Below, piece by piece: positions 45,861 through 58,759 of a stretch of DNA of 64,000 nucleotides; positions within the stretch are counted from its first letter, which is position 1; every line of letters begins with the position of its first letter. Under the pieces are notes generated by a model. It saw only the letters and a program-made list of their open reading frames with translations. It was not told the DNA's origin and made no database searches. The stretch covers positions 26,147 through 90,146 of the forward strand of contig JAFTRN010000050.1 of the NCBI GenBank assembly GCA_017462265.1, written 5' to 3'. This DNA comes from Coprobacter sp. Its GTDB lineage: Bacteria > Bacteroidota > Bacteroidia > Bacteroidales > UBA11471. A program made the position numbers and the translations under genes.

Positions 45861-46853
45861 ATGAGAGAAACTGTTGTGAGCGGAATACGCTCTACCGGAA
45901 ACCTGCACTTGGGTAACTATTACGGCGCGTTGCGCAACTTTGTGAAGATGCAGCATGAGCACGATTGTTACTTCTTCATCGCCGACCTGCACTCACTGAC
46001 TACGCACCCCGATCCCAAAATGCTACACGTCAATGTGAAAAATATATTGGCCGAGTATCTGGCCGCCGGTCTCGACCCCGAAGCCTGCTCGCTGTTCATA
46101 CAAAGCGACGTACCCGAGGTTTCGGAGCTATATCTGTTGCTGAATATGCACGTGTATATAGGCGAGCTCGAACGCACGGCCTCATTCAAAGACAAAGTGC
46201 GTAAACAGCCCGAGAATGTGAATGCCGGCCTGCTTACCTACCCCACCCTCATGGCCGCCGACATCATGATACATCGCGCTACCAAAGTGCCCGTAGGTAA
46301 AGATCAGGAACAACACCTCGAAATGACACGTCGCTTCTCGCGTCGTTTCAATACCATATATGGCGTGGAATATTTCCCCGAGCCTACCGGATTCAACTTC
46401 GGTGAGGCGGCTATCAAAGTGCCCGGACTCGACGGAAGCGGGAAAATGGGCAAGTCCGAAGGTAACTGTGTATATCTGCTCGACGACGAAAAGACCTTGC
46501 GCAAAAAAGTGATGCGCGCCGTTACCGACGAAGGTCCCCAAGCCCCCAATTCACCCAAATCGGAGCCGGTGGAAAACCTCTTCACCATCATGAAGATCGT
46601 ATCATCGCCCGACACCGTGGAATATTTTGAAGAGAAATACAACTCTTGCGAAATACGTTATGGTGATATGAAAAAACAATTGGCCGAGGATATACTGAAA
46701 GTGACGCTGCCCATCAGAGAGCGTATATTGGAAATACAGAACGACAACGACTATATGCGTCGTGTCGTAGCGCAAGGTGCCGAAAAAGCCCGTGAAAGTG
46801 CCGCCAAGACACTGCGCGAGGTAAGAGAGATTATGGGCTTCCGCTCGTTCTAA
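45861..46853 (+). CDS. trpS: tryptophan--tRNA ligase
   Basis: The class I HIGH-like motif is TGNLHLGNY and the KMSKS motif is GKMGKSEGN. I moved the start to ATG 45861. Confidence 0.9.
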   Translation: MRETVVSGIRSTGNLHLGNYYGALRNFVKMQHEHDCYFFIADLHSLTTHPDPKMLHVNVKNILAEYLAAGLDPEACSLFIQSDVPEVSELYLLLNMHVYIGELERTASFKDKVRKQPENVNAGLLTYPTLMAADIMIHRATKVPVGKDQEQHLEMTRRFSRRFNTIYGVEYFPEPTGFNFGEAAIKVPGLDGSGKMGKSEGNCVYLLDDEKTLRKKVMRAVTDEGPQAPNSPKSEPVENLFTIMKIVSSPDTVEYFEEKYNSCEIRYGDMKKQLAEDILKVTLPIRERILEIQNDNDYMRRVVAQGAEKARESAAKTLREVREIMGFRSF

Positions 46854-46866
46854 TCCATCGCGTGCC

Positions 46867-47781
46867 ATGTCTCACGAGCACCACCATCATCACCATCACG
46901 CGGTCGATACCTCACATCTGAACCGAGCGTTCATCGTGGGTATCGGCTTGAATGTGGCGTTCGTCGTGGCCGAGGCTGTAGCCGGATTCTCCATCGACTC
47001 ACTGGGGTTACTCGCCGATGCGGGGCACAACCTCAGCGACGTTATCAGCCTCGTATTGGCTCTGCTGGCTTTCCGCTTATCGAAAGTGCGGCCCTCGGGC
47101 AACTACACCTATGGGTACAAAAAAAGTACCATCTTGGTATCACTGCTCAATGCCCTCATTCTGCTCATCGCCGTAGGCTTCATTTTCGTCGAGAGTATAG
47201 AGAAAATTCACACACCACAACCCATTGCCGGACGCACAATCTCTATCGTGGCCGGGATAGGCATACTCATCAACGGCATCACGGCGTGGCTCTTTTTCAA
47301 AGATCGTCGGCACGACCTCAACATCAAAGGGGCTTTTCTGCATATGGCCGCCGATACATTGGTGAGCGTTGGCGTATTGGTATCGGGCATACTCATTTCG
47401 GTCACGGGGTGGAGCATTATCGACCCGATAATAGGCCTCGTCATAGCCTGCATCATACTCATATCCACGTGGGAACTGCTACGCGACAGCCTACGGTTGT
47501 CGCTCGACGGCGTGCCCGCGCATCTGCATACATCGGTGGTGGAGCGTCTGTTGTGCGAAGACAAGCGGGTTGTATGCGTGCACCATCTGCATATATGGGC
47601 CATAAGCACCACGCAGAACGCGCTCACCGCTCATATCGTCGTGAATACATTTGATAAATCGGATATACTGAAACACGACCTGCGCCACCGCCTCGAAGAA
47701 ATAGGCATACAGCATGCCACATTCGAGCTGGAACTGCCCCACGAGGATTGCCATGCCTCTCGCTGCGACTGCGACGCATAA
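46867..47781 (+). CDS. cation diffusion facilitator (CzcD/ZitB-like Zn/Co/Cd efflux)
   Basis: The N-terminus is MSHEHHHHHHHA. The transmembrane motifs LLADAGHNLSDV and HMAADTLVS match the CDF signature. Confidence 0.85.
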   Translation: MSHEHHHHHHHAVDTSHLNRAFIVGIGLNVAFVVAEAVAGFSIDSLGLLADAGHNLSDVISLVLALLAFRLSKVRPSGNYTYGYKKSTILVSLLNALILLIAVGFIFVESIEKIHTPQPIAGRTISIVAGIGILINGITAWLFFKDRRHDLNIKGAFLHMAADTLVSVGVLVSGILISVTGWSIIDPIIGLVIACIILISTWELLRDSLRLSLDGVPAHLHTSVVERLLCEDKRVVCVHHLHIWAISTTQNALTAHIVVNTFDKSDILKHDLRHRLEEIGIQHATFELELPHEDCHASRCDCDA

Positions 47782-47868
47782 CGACGACTTGTAGTTACGA
47801 CGGAAATATCGTATCTTCGCACTCCATTCGCCTACAACGGCACTTTTTTATCCACTACGGAGCCGGAT

Positions 47869-49530
47869 ATGGCTTCGAAAAACAAAGTTTATACAATGAT
47901 TTCAGTTGACGGACTTACCGTGGAATTTGGAGGCACAACGCTTTTCCAAGAGATATCTTTTGTAATCAACGAAAAAGACCGCATCGCCCTCATGGGGAAA
48001 AACGGTGCCGGGAAATCGACCCTGCTGAAAATTCTGGCCGGAGTACGCCAACCCACACGCGGTAGCGTATCGGCCCCCAAAGATACGGTTATAGCCTATC
48101 TGCCCCAGCACCTCATGACCGAGAACACCCGTACCGTGTTCGAGGAAACCTCGCAGGCCTTTGCCCACCTTTTCGAGATGGAGGCCGAGATAAACCGCAT
48201 GAACGAAGAGCTGGCCACACGCACCGACTACGAGAGCGAGAGCTACTACAACCTTATAGAGCAGGTGGCGGCACTGAGTGAGAAATTCTACGCCATAGAC
48301 CTCACCCACTTCGAGGAAGACGTGGAAAAAATATTGCTCGGTCTCGGATTCGATCGCAAAGATTTCGATCGCCCCACAGGTGAATTCAGCGGGGGCTGGC
48401 GTATGCGTATAGAACTGGCCAAATTGCTGCTGAAAAAGCCCGATGTACTACTGCTCGACGAACCGACCAACCACCTCGACATAGAGTCGATACAATGGCT
48501 CGAAGAGTTTCTCATCAACAACGGTCAGGCGGTCATCGTCATATCGCACGACAGGGCTTTTGTCGATCACATCACCACCCGCACCATAGAGGTGACGATG
48601 GGACGCATCTACGACTACAAAGTGAACTACTCGCAATACCTCGTGCTACGCAAGGAGCGCCGCGAACAACAACTCAAGGCCTACAACGACCAGCAAAAAA
48701 TGATTGCCGAGACCAAGGAGTTTATCGAGCGATTCAAAGGCACCTATTCCAAGACGTTGCAAGTGCAATCGCGCGTAAAAATGCTGGAAAAACTCGAACT
48801 GGTAGAGGTCGATGAAGAAGACACCTCGGCACTGCGGCTGAAATTTCCACCGGCACCCCGTTCGGGCTCCTACCCCGTGATAGCCGACGGCGTGGGCAAG
48901 TGCTACGACCGACGCGTCTTTGCCAATGCCACATTCACCATAGAACGCGGTGAGAAAGTAGCCTTCGTAGGGAAAAACGGTGAGGGAAAATCGACCATGG
49001 TAAAGTGCATCATGCACGAAATAGAGCACGAAGGCACGCTCACACTCGGTCACAACGTGATGATAGGCTATTTCGCCCAGAACCAGGCCTCGCTGCTCGA
49101 CGAGAACCTCACCGTGTTCCAAACCATCGACGATGTGGCCAAAGGCGATGTACGCTTGCAAATACGCGACCTGCTCGGAGCATTCATGTTCGGTGGCGAG
49201 GAATCGACCAAGAAAGTAAAAGTGCTGTCGGGTGGCGAACGTACCCGCCTCGCCATGATAAAGCTCCTGCTCGAGCCTGTGAACCTGCTCATTCTCGACG
49301 AGCCTACCAATCACCTCGACATGAAGACCAAAGACATCTTGAAGAGCGCCCTGCAAGCCTTTGATGGTACGCTCATCGTGGTAAGTCACGACCGTGATTT
49401 CCTCGATGGATTGGTATCGAAGGTCTATGAATTCGGCGAAGGACGTGTACGCGAGCACCTCGGTGGTGTGTACGACTTCCTCGAAAAGAAACGCATCGAA
49501 AATCTCTCCGACCTCGAACGACGCAAATAA
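47869..49530 (+). CDS. ABC-F family ATPase (translation-associated, no transmembrane domains)
   Basis: There are two ABC cassettes: GKNGAGKST...FSGGWRMR...LLLDEPTNHLD and GKNGEGKST...LSGGERTR...LILDEPTNHLD. Confidence 0.9.
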   Translation: MASKNKVYTMISVDGLTVEFGGTTLFQEISFVINEKDRIALMGKNGAGKSTLLKILAGVRQPTRGSVSAPKDTVIAYLPQHLMTENTRTVFEETSQAFAHLFEMEAEINRMNEELATRTDYESESYYNLIEQVAALSEKFYAIDLTHFEEDVEKILLGLGFDRKDFDRPTGEFSGGWRMRIELAKLLLKKPDVLLLDEPTNHLDIESIQWLEEFLINNGQAVIVISHDRAFVDHITTRTIEVTMGRIYDYKVNYSQYLVLRKERREQQLKAYNDQQKMIAETKEFIERFKGTYSKTLQVQSRVKMLEKLELVEVDEEDTSALRLKFPPAPRSGSYPVIADGVGKCYDRRVFANATFTIERGEKVAFVGKNGEGKSTMVKCIMHEIEHEGTLTLGHNVMIGYFAQNQASLLDENLTVFQTIDDVAKGDVRLQIRDLLGAFMFGGEESTKKVKVLSGGERTRLAMIKLLLEPVNLLILDEPTNHLDMKTKDILKSALQAFDGTLIVVSHDRDFLDGLVSKVYEFGEGRVREHLGGVYDFLEKKRIENLSDLERRK

Positions 49531-49559
49531 TCCACCTACCGACATCAGTATAGAGCAAA

Positions 49560-49593
49560 GGGGCTGTGTCAAAATCGATATTGACATAGCCCC
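49560..49593 (+). terminator. terminator-like hairpin after the ABC-F gene
   Basis: ggggctgtgtcaa / ttgacatagcccc forms a 13-bp stem with one G-U pair. Confidence 0.6.
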
Positions 49594-49619
49594 TTGTCGT
49601 AAAAAGCTCCTTCTTTCTT

Positions 49620-50012
49620 ATTAGTGTCCAATTTATGTGGCGAAATAAAAAGAGAGGCTTTATTAGAAGATTGCCGTTAGGTAATCGATATTCCAGCCCC
49701 GTATAAGAGAGCCGGTAGGCGAACGCAATGCGGGGAATGTAAGGTATTCGTAATAATCAATGCCTTTAGGTATTGGACAATTTCATTATAGCAACATCTT
49801 CGACATTGCTGTTTTTTTACGTGTATCTACCCAAAACTCTACATCGGAGACGTTGCTTTATTGAGTATTCCATTCGTTTTTTCTCCCGGCAGACGCTTGG
49901 CCCAAGCGTCCCTGCGTTTTGTAGGTCAGACACTGCTTATCGTAGGGAGAGTAAGGCCGTAGAGGAAACACTAAATGTAAATCTTCAAAACTATATATCG
50001 GGCACCAATGAT
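49620..50012. repeat. MITE-like structured repeat element, copy 2
   Basis: The ends are attagtgtccaat... and ...atcgggcaccaatgat. The core 49668-49778 is the reverse complement of 32728-32839, with about eight differences by eye. Confidence 0.8.
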
Positions 50013-50022
50013 TTCTTTAACC

Positions 50023-50058
50023 ACAACAGCCTCCGCACTTGCGTGCGGAGGCTGTTGT
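50023..50058 (-). terminator. hairpin terminator after rpoC
   Basis: acaacagcctccgcac / gtgcggaggctgttgt is a perfect 16-bp stem with a 4-nt loop, 22 nt beyond the rpoC stop. Confidence 0.7.
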
Positions 50059-50079
50059 AATTGTATAATGTGAGATTAA

Positions 50080-53000
50080 TTAGATCTCTACATTCTTGCG
50101 GGTGGGCATTACGCGGTCGAAGTCGTCTTTCGAGCCTACGATGAGACGATCGAAATCGCGCTGACCGGTACCGGCAGGTATCAAGTGACCGCAGATAACG
50201 TTCTCTTTCATGCCTTCGAGGTAGTCGGTTTTGGCGTTGATAGCAGCCTCGTTGAGCACCTTGGTGGTTTCTTGGAACGATGCAGCCGACATGAAGCTCG
50301 AAGTCTGCAATGCGGCACGTGTGATACCTTGAAGTATCTGTTCCGACGTAGCGGGAACGGCATCGCGCACCTCTACAAGCTTCATATCACGACGTTTGAG
50401 CATAGAGTTCTCATCGCGCAGCTTGCGAGCGGTTACTATCTGACCGGCTTTCAGTACCTGAGAGTCGCCGGCATCGACAACCACTTTTTTGCCCCATATA
50501 CGGTCATTCTCGTCCATAAAGTCATGTTTATCCACAACTTGTTGTTCGAGGAAACGAGTATCACCCGGGTCGAGGATAGTCACCTTACGCATCATCTGAC
50601 GCACGATGACCTCGAAGTGCTTATCGTTGATTTTCACACCTTGCAGACGATATACATCTTGCACCTCGTTTACGATATATTCTTGTACGGCTGTGGGGCC
50701 TTTGATAGCCAAGATATCCGACGGAGTGATAGCGCCATCGGAGAGCGGCGTACCGGCACGCACATAGTCGTTTTCTTGTACCAGAATCTGTTTCGACAGC
50801 GGCACGAGGTATTTCTTCACCTCGCCGGTCTTGGAGGTAACGGAGATTTCGCGATTACCACGTTTCACCTTACCAAACAATACTTCACCATCGATTTCGG
50901 AAACGACTGCGGGATTTGACGGGTTACGGGCCTCGAACAACTCGGTAACACGAGGCAGACCACCGGTAATATCACCGGCTTTACCCACGGCACGAGGTAT
51001 CTTCACAAATACTTCACCGCTCTTCAACTCCTGACCTTCGTCGATCATCAAGTGAGCACCCATAGGCAAGCTGTAACTGCGTATCACCTCACCATCTTTG
51101 TCGAGAATTTGAGCCACAGGTACGCGGGTACGGTCTTTAGACTCGATGATGATTTTTTCGCGGAGACCGGTCTGTTCGTCCGATTCTACTTTATAGGTCA
51201 CACCCTCTACCACATTCTCGAAACGCACTTTACCGGTGGCTTCCGATACGATAACGGCATTGAAGGGGTCCCATTCGCAGACCATATCGCCTTTTTTCAG
51301 CGTATCGCCATTGTTGAAGTAAAGTTTCGAGCCATAAGGTATATTGGTGGTGGTCAATACAATCTTGGTATTGGGATCGACGATACGCATTTCGGCGAGA
51401 CGACCTACAACGATTTGTACTTTCTTACCGGTTTCATCGACGCTATCTACGGTACGAAGTTCATCGATTTCGAGAATACCGTCGTAACGAGAAGTAACGT
51501 TCGATACGGCAGCGATGTTCGACGCGATACCACCGACGTGGAATGTACGGAGGGTAAGCTGAGTACCCGGCTCACCGATAGACTGAGCAGCGATTACGCC
51601 CACAGCCTCGCCTTTCTGCACCATGCGACTGGTAGCCAGGTTGCGGCCATAACATTTGGCACACACACCATGCTTCGATTCGCAGGTAAGAACCGAACGT
51701 ATTTCGATGCGTTCGATGGGCGAATCTTCGATTTTTTTGGCGATAACCTCGGTGATTTCTTCACCCGAGTGCACCAATATTTCACCGGTAAGCGGGTGTT
51801 GCACGTCGTGTACCGATACACGACCCAGGATACGCTCGTAGAGCGAAGCCACGGTTTCTTCGTTGTTTTTGATTTCGGTACAAACGAGACCGCGGAGAGT
51901 ACCGCAATCCTCTTCATGGATTATCACGTCGTGAGCCACATCGACAAGACGACGGGTAAGGTATCCGGCGTCGGCTGTCTTCAACGCGGTATCGGCAAGA
52001 CCTTTACGAGCACCGTGGGTAGAGATAAAGTACTCCAACACCGACAAGCCCTCTTTGAAGTTTGCCAAAATGGGGTTTTCGATGATTTGACCGCCTTCGG
52101 CTCCCGATTTCTGCGGTTTGGCCATAAGACCACGCATACCCGAGAGCTGACGAATCTGCTCCTTAGAACCACGAGCACCCGAGTCGAGCATCATGTAAAC
52201 CGAGTTGAAACCTTGATTGTCGGACGACAATTGTTTCATGAGGATATCCGACAATTTGGAATTGACGTGTGTCCAAGTATCGATTATCTGGTTATAACGC
52301 TCGTTATAGGTGATGAATCCCATGTTGTAGTTGGCCATGATTTGCTCTACGTTGGCATAACCTTCGTTGACGAGCGCCTCTTTTTCTTCGGGGATAATCA
52401 CGTCGGCAAGGTTGAACGACAATCCGCCCTTGAAGGCCATCTTGTAACCGAGGTTCTTGATATCGTCGAGGAACTGAGCCGCACGTATCACGCCACATAC
52501 TTTGATGACGTTACCGATGATGTTACGCAACGACTTCTTGGTAAGAATTTCGTTGATGTAACCCACCTCTTTGGGTACAAACTCATTTACCAATATACGA
52601 CCTACCGAGGTCTCGCGCAATACCTCTACGGTGTTGCCGTTCTCATCGAGGTCTTGCACACGCACTTTCACGGGAGCGTGCAAGGTTACACGGCCTTCGT
52701 TGTAGGCGATTTCGGCCTCTTCGGGACCGTAGAACGTGAGGCCTTCGCCTTTTGCTCCGGGACGTAATTTGGTAATGTAGTAGAGACCGAGTACCATGTC
52801 TTGCGAAGGCACGGTAATAGGCGCGCCGTTGGCGGGATTCAGAATGTTATGAGCACCGAGCATCAACATCTGGGCCTCGAGTATGGCCTCATTGCCGAGG
52901 GGCAAGTGCACAGCCATCTGGTCTCCGTCGAAGTCGGCGTTGAATGCCGTACAAGCGAGCGGGTGCAATTGTATGGCTTTACCCTCGATCATCTTGGGTT

Positions 53001-54345
53001 GGAAAGCCTGAATACCGAGACGGTGCAGGGTCGGAGCACGGTTGAGGAGCACGGGATGTCCTTTCATTACGTGCTCGAGAATGTCCCATACAACGGGTTC
53101 TTTGCGATCGACGATTTTTTTCGCCGATTTCACCGTTTTCACGATACCGCGTTCGATAAGTTTACGTATCACAAACGGTTTATAGAGTTCGGCCGCCATA
53201 TTTTTAGGCAGACCACATTCATACATTTTCAGTTCGGGACCTACCACGATAACCGAACGAGCCGAGTAATCGACACGTTTACCGAGCAAGTTCTGACGGA
53301 AACGGCCTTGTTTACCCTTCAAACTGTCTGAGAGAGATTTCAAGGGGCGGTTGGCGTCGGTCTTCACGGCGCTCGATTTGCGTGAGTTGTCGAGCAACGA
53401 ATCGACAGCCTCTTGCAACATACGTTTCTCGTTGCGAAGTATCACCTCGGGAGCCTTGATTTCCATCAAACGTTTGAGACGGTTGTTACGGATTATCACA
53501 CGACGATAGAGGTCGTTGAGGTCGGAGGTAGCAAAACGTCCGCCATCGAGGGGTACGAGAGGACGCAACTCAGGAGGGGTAACGGGGATTACCTTGAGTA
53601 TCATCCATTCGGGGCGGTTGCGTTGGCGCGAAGCACGGAACGACTCTACTACTTGGAGACGTTTGAGAGCCTCGTTTTTGCGTTGTTGTGAACCATCTTT
53701 TCCGGCAGTATCACGCAACTTATACGACAACTCATCGAGGTCGAGACGCACCAAGAGGTCGTAAACGGCCTCGGCACCCATCTTAGCGATGAATTTATTG
53801 GGGTCGGTATCCTCAAGCAATTGATTGTCTTTGGGCAGATTATCGAGTACGTCGAGATATTCTTCTTCGGAAAGGAGATCGTATGTAGCCAGCTCATCGC
53901 TCTTCACACCGGGTTGTATCACGATGTAGCGTTCGTAGTAGATTACGGCATCGAGTTTTTTGGAGGGAAGGCCCAACAAATAACCGATTTTATTGGGGAG
54001 AGAACGGAAGTACCAAATGTGGGCTACAGGTACCACGAGTTGAATGTGGCCCATACGCTCACGACGTACCTTCTTCTCGGTAACTTCTACACCACAACGG
54101 TCGCACACGATACCTTTGTAACGAATACGTTTGTATTTTCCGCAATGGCACTCATAGTCTTTCACGGGACCGAAGATGCGCTCACAGAAAAGTCCGTCAC
54201 GTTCGGGCTTGTATGTACGATAGTTAATAGTCTCGGGTTTCAGCACCTCACCGCTCGATTGCTCGAGGATTTCCTCGGGCGAAGCCAGACCTATCGTGAT
54301 TTTAGAGAAGTTACTCTTTACTTTATTGTCTTTTCTAAAAGCCAT
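50080..54345 (-). CDS. rpoC: DNA-directed RNA polymerase subunit beta'
   Basis: The 1421-aa protein has the zinc motif [23 protein letters not shown] and the catalytic [12 protein letters not shown]. Confidence 0.98.
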   Translation of the reverse strand: MAFRKDNKVKSNFSKITIGLASPEEILEQSSGEVLKPETINYRTYKPERDGLFCERIFGPVKDYECHCGKYKRIRYKGIVCDRCGVEVTEKKVRRERMGHIQLVVPVAHIWYFRSLPNKIGYLLGLPSKKLDAVIYYERYIVIQPGVKSDELATYDLLSEEEYLDVLDNLPKDNQLLEDTDPNKFIAKMGAEAVYDLLVRLDLDELSYKLRDTAGKDGSQQRKNEALKRLQVVESFRASRQRNRPEWMILKVIPVTPPELRPLVPLDGGRFATSDLNDLYRRVIIRNNRLKRLMEIKAPEVILRNEKRMLQEAVDSLLDNSRKSSAVKTDANRPLKSLSDSLKGKQGRFRQNLLGKRVDYSARSVIVVGPELKMYECGLPKNMAAELYKPFVIRKLIERGIVKTVKSAKKIVDRKEPVVWDILEHVMKGHPVLLNRAPTLHRLGIQAFQPKMIEGKAIQLHPLACTAFNADFDGDQMAVHLPLGNEAILEAQMLMLGAHNILNPANGAPITVPSQDMVLGLYYITKLRPGAKGEGLTFYGPEEAEIAYNEGRVTLHAPVKVRVQDLDENGNTVEVLRETSVGRILVNEFVPKEVGYINEILTKKSLRNIIGNVIKVCGVIRAAQFLDDIKNLGYKMAFKGGLSFNLADVIIPEEKEALVNEGYANVEQIMANYNMGFITYNERYNQIIDTWTHVNSKLSDILMKQLSSDNQGFNSVYMMLDSGARGSKEQIRQLSGMRGLMAKPQKSGAEGGQIIENPILANFKEGLSVLEYFISTHGARKGLADTALKTADAGYLTRRLVDVAHDVIIHEEDCGTLRGLVCTEIKNNEETVASLYERILGRVSVHDVQHPLTGEILVHSGEEITEVIAKKIEDSPIERIEIRSVLTCESKHGVCAKCYGRNLATSRMVQKGEAVGVIAAQSIGEPGTQLTLRTFHVGGIASNIAAVSNVTSRYDGILEIDELRTVDSVDETGKKVQIVVGRLAEMRIVDPNTKIVLTTTNIPYGSKLYFNNGDTLKKGDMVCEWDPFNAVIVSEATGKVRFENVVEGVTYKVESDEQTGLREKIIIESKDRTRVPVAQILDKDGEVIRSYSLPMGAHLMIDEGQELKSGEVFVKIPRAVGKAGDITGGLPRVTELFEARNPSNPAVVSEIDGEVLFGKVKRGNREISVTSKTGEVKKYLVPLSKQILVQENDYVRAGTPLSDGAITPSDILAIKGPTAVQEYIVNEVQDVYRLQGVKINDKHFEVIVRQMMRKVTILDPGDTRFLEQQVVDKHDFMDENDRIWGKKVVVDAGDSQVLKAGQIVTARKLRDENSMLKRRDMKLVEVRDAVPATSEQILQGITRAALQTSSFMSAASFQETTKVLNEAAINAKTDYLEGMKENVICGHLIPAGTGQRDFDRLIVGSKDDFDRVMPTRKNVEI

Positions 54346-54420
54346 ATATGTATGTTATAACGCGTTAGCAGATAGTATGTAGGCGTGTCGTCGGCTTGTG
54401 ACCGGCGACACGACCGAGGG

Positions 54421-57400
54421 TTAGTCTAAGGAGATACTCAATCCGAGACCGCGCAACTCGTGCAACAGCACGTTGAGTGACTCGGGAATACCCGGGGTAG
54501 GCATCGGATCGCCCTTGACGATGGCTTCGTAGGCTTTGGAACGTCCCACCACGTCATCGGATTTGATGGTAAGGATTTCTTGTAAGATGTAAGCGGCGCC
54601 GAATGCCTCGAGTGCCCATACCTCCATCTCTCCGAAACGTTGACCACCGAATTGAGCCTTACCACCGAGAGGTTGCTGAGTGATAAGCGAGTACGGACCG
54701 ATAGAACGCGCGTGCATCTTGTCTTCAACCATGTGACCGAGTTTGAGCATATAGATTACACCCACGGTTGCAGGTTGGTCAAAACGCTCACCTGTGTGGC
54801 CGTCGTAAAGGAAAGTTTTACCATAACGAGGCAGGCCGGCTTTGTCGGTCCACTCATTGAGATCATCGAGTGACGCTCCGTCGAAGATGGGAGTAGCGAA
54901 TTTCTCGCCCAGGGTTACACCGGCCCAGCCCAATACGGTCTCGAATATCTGACCGAGGTTCATACGAGAAGGCACACCCAGCGGGTTCAATACGATATCT
55001 ACGGGAGTACCATCTTCGAGGAAAGGCATATCCTCCTGACGTACGACACGCGATACGATACCTTTGTTACCGTGACGACCGGCCATCTTATCACCCACGC
55101 TTATCTTACGTTTCTTGGCGATATATACTTTGGCCATTTGCACGATACCCGAGGGCAGTTCATCGCCGATAGAAATATCAAATTTACGACGACGCAACTC
55201 GGCATCATACTCTTTATATTTCTTCAAGTAGTTCATGATGGTAGCGCGTATCAGGTCGTTCTTGGCCGCATCGCTGGTCCATTTACTTACTTGAATCGAT
55301 GTGTAGTCTATTTCCGAAAGATTTTTCTGGGTGAATTTAGCCCCTTTGGCTATCACGTCGATACCCAGATAATCTTTCACTCCTTGCGAAGTCTTTCCGT
55401 TGGTAAGCGTCAGCAGTTTATCGATGAGAATCACTTTGAGCGCTTCCATCTTTTCCTTATACTCTTCATCGAGCTGAGCCAGCAGAGCGGCCTCGGGGCT
55501 CTTGCCTTTGCGTTTCTTTATGGCTTTCGAGAAGAGGGCGGTACCGATTACCACACCTTTGAGCGACGGAGTGGCTTTGAGCGACGCGTCTTTCACATCA
55601 CCGGCTTTGTCGCCGAAGATGGCACGGAGCAGTTTTTCCTCGGGCGAGGGATCGGATTCACCTTTGGGGGTAATCTTACCTATCATTATATCACCCGGCT
55701 CGATGTGGGCACCGATACGCACGATACCGCGTTCGTCGAGGTCCTTGGTAGCATCTTCGCTCACGTTAGGAATATCCGAGGTAAGTTCCTCCATACCGCG
55801 TTTTGTCTCGCGCACTTCGAGCGAGTACTCATCGACGTGTACCGAGGTGAGAATATCTTCACGCACGATACGCTCGTTGAGCACAATAGCGTCCTCATAG
55901 TTGTAACCTTTCCAGGGCATGAATGCCACTTTGAGGTTGCGACCGAGAGCCAATTCACCGTTTTCGGTCGAATAACCTTCGGTGAGTATCTGTCCGGTCA
56001 CCACACGATCGCCTTTGCGACAGATGGGACGCAAGTCGATCGTCGTACTCTGGTTGGTCTTGCGGAATTTCGGGATATTATATTCTTTTACAGACGACTC
56101 GAAGCTGACAAATTCTTCATCTTCTGTACGGTCGTAACGAATGCGGATGGTGGTGGCATCGACAAATTCGATAACACCGGGACCTTCGGCGGTAATCTGG
56201 GTACGAGAGTCGCGTATGAGCTGACCTTCGATACCGGTACCTACGACAGGAGCTTCTGTGCGTAACAGAGGTACGGCCTGGCGCATCATGTTCGAACCCA
56301 TGAGCGCACGGTTGGCGTCGTCGTGTTCGAGGAAGGGAATGAGAGATGCGGCTATCGAAGCAATCTGCATGGGCGATACGTCCATGAGCGACACCTCTTG
56401 CGGTCCTACAACGGGGAAGTCGGCATTCAGACGCGATTTTACACGCGAGCGAATGAATGTACCATCATCGTTGAGAGGAGCGTTACCTTGCGCGATGATA
56501 TGATCCTCTTCCACCTCGGCGGTGAGATATACGATTCCATCTTGCGACAAATCGACCTTTCCGTTTTCCACTTTACGATACGGTGTCTCGATAAATCCGA
56601 GGTCATTGATTTTTGCATATACGCAGAGCGACGAAATAAGACCGATGTTGGGACCCTCAGGAGTTTCGATAGGACACAGACGTCCATAGTGAGTATAGTG
56701 TACGTCGCGCACCTCGAAACCTGCACGTTCGCGCGAGAGACCGCCGGGACCGAGAGCCGAGAGACGACGCTTGTGAGTCATTTCGGCCAGCGGGTTGGTC
56801 TGGTCCATGAATTGCGACAAAGCGTTGGTACCAAAGAATGTGTTGATTACCGACGATATAGTTTTGGCGTTGATAAGGTCTATGGGGGTAAACACCTCAT
56901 TATCGCGCACATTCATACGTTCGCGTATCGTACGCGACATACGTGCGAGACCTATGCCGAATTGATTGTAGAGCTGCTCACCCACCGTGCGCACACGACG
57001 GTTGCTCAAGTGGTCGATGTCATCGACATCGGTCTTGGAGTTGATAAGCTCTATCAAATATTTAATAATCTCTATGATATCCTCTTTTGTAAGAACTTTG
57101 ATATCGGGAGATATAGTGAGTCCGAGTTTTTTGTTTATACGGTAACGTCCTACTTCACCCAAGTCATAACGTTTCTCAGAGAAGAAAAGGTTGGTGATGA
57201 CCTCACGGGCACTTGCGTCATCGGCCGGCTCGGCGTTACGCAGCTGGCGATAGATGTAGATGACGGCCTCTTTTTCGGAGTTACTGGGGTCTTTCTGCAA
57301 CGTGTTGTAGATGATGGCATAGTCGGAGAGATTATTTTCCTCCTTGTGCAGGAGTATCGTAGAGACTCCTGTCTCGAGTATCATATCAATATGATCCTCC

Positions 57401-58233
57401 TCGAGTACCACCTCACGCTCGATGACCACTTCGTTACGTTCTATTGACACAACCTCACCGGTATCGGCGTCGGCATAGTCCTCAACCCATGTTCTCAACA
57501 CACGGGCAGCCAATCGACGACCGAGAGCCTTTTTCAAGTTGGTCTTCGTAACCTTCATCTCTTCGGCAAGACCGAAGATTTCGAGAATGTCTTTATCGCT
57601 TTCGAAACCTATCGCACGCAACAACGTGGTAACGGGCAATTTCTTCTTACGATCGATATAGGCATACATCACATTGTTGATGTCGGTGGCAAATTCTATC
57701 CAAGAACCCTTGAACGGAATAATACGAGCCGAATAGAGTTTCGTACCATTGGCGTGGATACTCTGTCCGAAGAATACACCCGGCGAACGGTGCAACTGCG
57801 ACACGACAACACGTTCGGCACCATTAATCACAAAGGTACCTTTCTCGGTCATATAAGGAATAGGACCAAGATAGACATCTTGAATTACGGTGGCGAAGTC
57901 TTCGTGATCGGGGTCGGTACAGAACAGTTTGAGTTTAGCCTTCAAAGGCACACTGTATGTGAGACCGCGTTCGAGACACTCGTCTATCGTGTAACGGGGC
58001 GGATCGATGTAATAATCGAGGAATTCGAGGACGAAGTTGTTGCGAGTATCGGCAATAGGGAAGTTTTCTGCAAATACTTTGTAGAGACCCTCGTTTTTAC
58101 GTTTCTCGGGAGGGGTATCCAATTGCAGAAAATCTTGGAACGATTTCAACTGCACCTCCAAGAAGTCCGGGAATTGAAGCGGATTCTTGATAGAGGCGAA
58201 GTTTACCCGCTGTTTACCTATATTTTGAGACAT
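54421..58233 (-). CDS. rpoB: DNA-directed RNA polymerase subunit beta
   Basis: The 1270-aa protein contains [39 protein letters not shown] and ...[18 protein letters not shown]. Confidence 0.98.
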   Translation of the reverse strand: MSQNIGKQRVNFASIKNPLQFPDFLEVQLKSFQDFLQLDTPPEKRKNEGLYKVFAENFPIADTRNNFVLEFLDYYIDPPRYTIDECLERGLTYSVPLKAKLKLFCTDPDHEDFATVIQDVYLGPIPYMTEKGTFVINGAERVVVSQLHRSPGVFFGQSIHANGTKLYSARIIPFKGSWIEFATDINNVMYAYIDRKKKLPVTTLLRAIGFESDKDILEIFGLAEEMKVTKTNLKKALGRRLAARVLRTWVEDYADADTGEVVSIERNEVVIEREVVLEEDHIDMILETGVSTILLHKEENNLSDYAIIYNTLQKDPSNSEKEAVIYIYRQLRNAEPADDASAREVITNLFFSEKRYDLGEVGRYRINKKLGLTISPDIKVLTKEDIIEIIKYLIELINSKTDVDDIDHLSNRRVRTVGEQLYNQFGIGLARMSRTIRERMNVRDNEVFTPIDLINAKTISSVINTFFGTNALSQFMDQTNPLAEMTHKRRLSALGPGGLSRERAGFEVRDVHYTHYGRLCPIETPEGPNIGLISSLCVYAKINDLGFIETPYRKVENGKVDLSQDGIVYLTAEVEEDHIIAQGNAPLNDDGTFIRSRVKSRLNADFPVVGPQEVSLMDVSPMQIASIAASLIPFLEHDDANRALMGSNMMRQAVPLLRTEAPVVGTGIEGQLIRDSRTQITAEGPGVIEFVDATTIRIRYDRTEDEEFVSFESSVKEYNIPKFRKTNQSTTIDLRPICRKGDRVVTGQILTEGYSTENGELALGRNLKVAFMPWKGYNYEDAIVLNERIVREDILTSVHVDEYSLEVRETKRGMEELTSDIPNVSEDATKDLDERGIVRIGAHIEPGDIMIGKITPKGESDPSPEEKLLRAIFGDKAGDVKDASLKATPSLKGVVIGTALFSKAIKKRKGKSPEAALLAQLDEEYKEKMEALKVILIDKLLTLTNGKTSQGVKDYLGIDVIAKGAKFTQKNLSEIDYTSIQVSKWTSDAAKNDLIRATIMNYLKKYKEYDAELRRRKFDISIGDELPSGIVQMAKVYIAKKRKISVGDKMAGRHGNKGIVSRVVRQEDMPFLEDGTPVDIVLNPLGVPSRMNLGQIFETVLGWAGVTLGEKFATPIFDGASLDDLNEWTDKAGLPRYGKTFLYDGHTGERFDQPATVGVIYMLKLGHMVEDKMHARSIGPYSLITQQPLGGKAQFGGQRFGEMEVWALEAFGAAYILQEILTIKSDDVVGRSKAYEAIVKGDPMPTPGIPESLNVLLHELRGLGLSISLD

Positions 58234-58279
58234 TTGTCAGAAGTTGGTTAATTGAACTTGTAAATCATAGACACAAAAT

Positions 58280-58312
58280 GGTAAAGAACCCTCTTTTAGA
58301 GGTTTCTTTACC
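58280..58312 (-). terminator. rplL-rpoB intergenic attenuator/terminator hairpin
   Basis: The minus strand reads ggtaaagaaacctctaaaagagggttctttacc, followed by attttg. This is the classical position of a partial terminator. Confidence 0.65.
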
Positions 58313-58337
58313 AGAATGACCTGTTAGACAGGATTTC

Positions 58338-58712
58338 TTATTTAAGTTCAACTTCAGCGCCGGCCTCTTCGAGGACTTTTTTCAGCGCTTCAGCGTCGGC
58401 TTTAGCCAAGCCTTCTTTGATTGCACTGGGAGCACCGTCAACCAAATCTTTAGCTTCTTTCAAGCCGAGACCGGTTTGCTCTTTAACGGCTTTAACAACT
58501 GCGAGTTTGTTAGCACCGGCAGCTTTCAATACAACATCGAAAGAGGTTTTTTCTTCCTCAGCAGCGGCAGCACCGGCTGCGGGAGCGGCAACAGCAACAG
58601 CTGCAGCTGCGGGTTCAATACCATATTCCTCTTTGAGGATTTGAGCCAACTCGTTTACTTCTTTTACGGTCAGGTTTACTAATTGTTCTGCAAAAGCTTT
58701 CAAATCTGCCAT
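58338..58712 (-). CDS. rplL: 50S ribosomal protein L7/L12
   Basis: The protein has an Ala-rich hinge, and its C-terminus reads [27 protein letters not shown]. Confidence 0.97.
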   Translation of the reverse strand: MADLKAFAEQLVNLTVKEVNELAQILKEEYGIEPAAAAVAVAAPAAGAAAAEEEKTSFDVVLKAAGANKLAVVKAVKEQTGLGLKEAKDLVDGAPSAIKEGLAKADAEALKKVLEEAGAEVELK

Positions 58713-58759
58713 TTTCGTATAGTTTAATTGTTATTTTACTTCTGTGAATTGTTTTGTTT

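Noticed and set aside
48646-49587. A 313-aa minus-strand ORF opposite the ABC-F gene
   Set aside because: It is a shadow ORF. The plus frame carries two complete ABC cassettes with Walker A, signature and Walker B motifs.
49773-50060. A 95-aa ORF inside MITE-like copy 2
   Set aside because: It uses a non-ATG start, crosses the rpoC terminator hairpin, is not conserved in copy 1 and has an implausible composition.
51052-57447. Several long plus-strand ORFs (51052..52767, 55072..56265, 56323..57447) within rpoC and rpoB
   Set aside because: All are antisense to unambiguous RNA polymerase subunit genes. They have repetitive F/V/H/T-rich translations.
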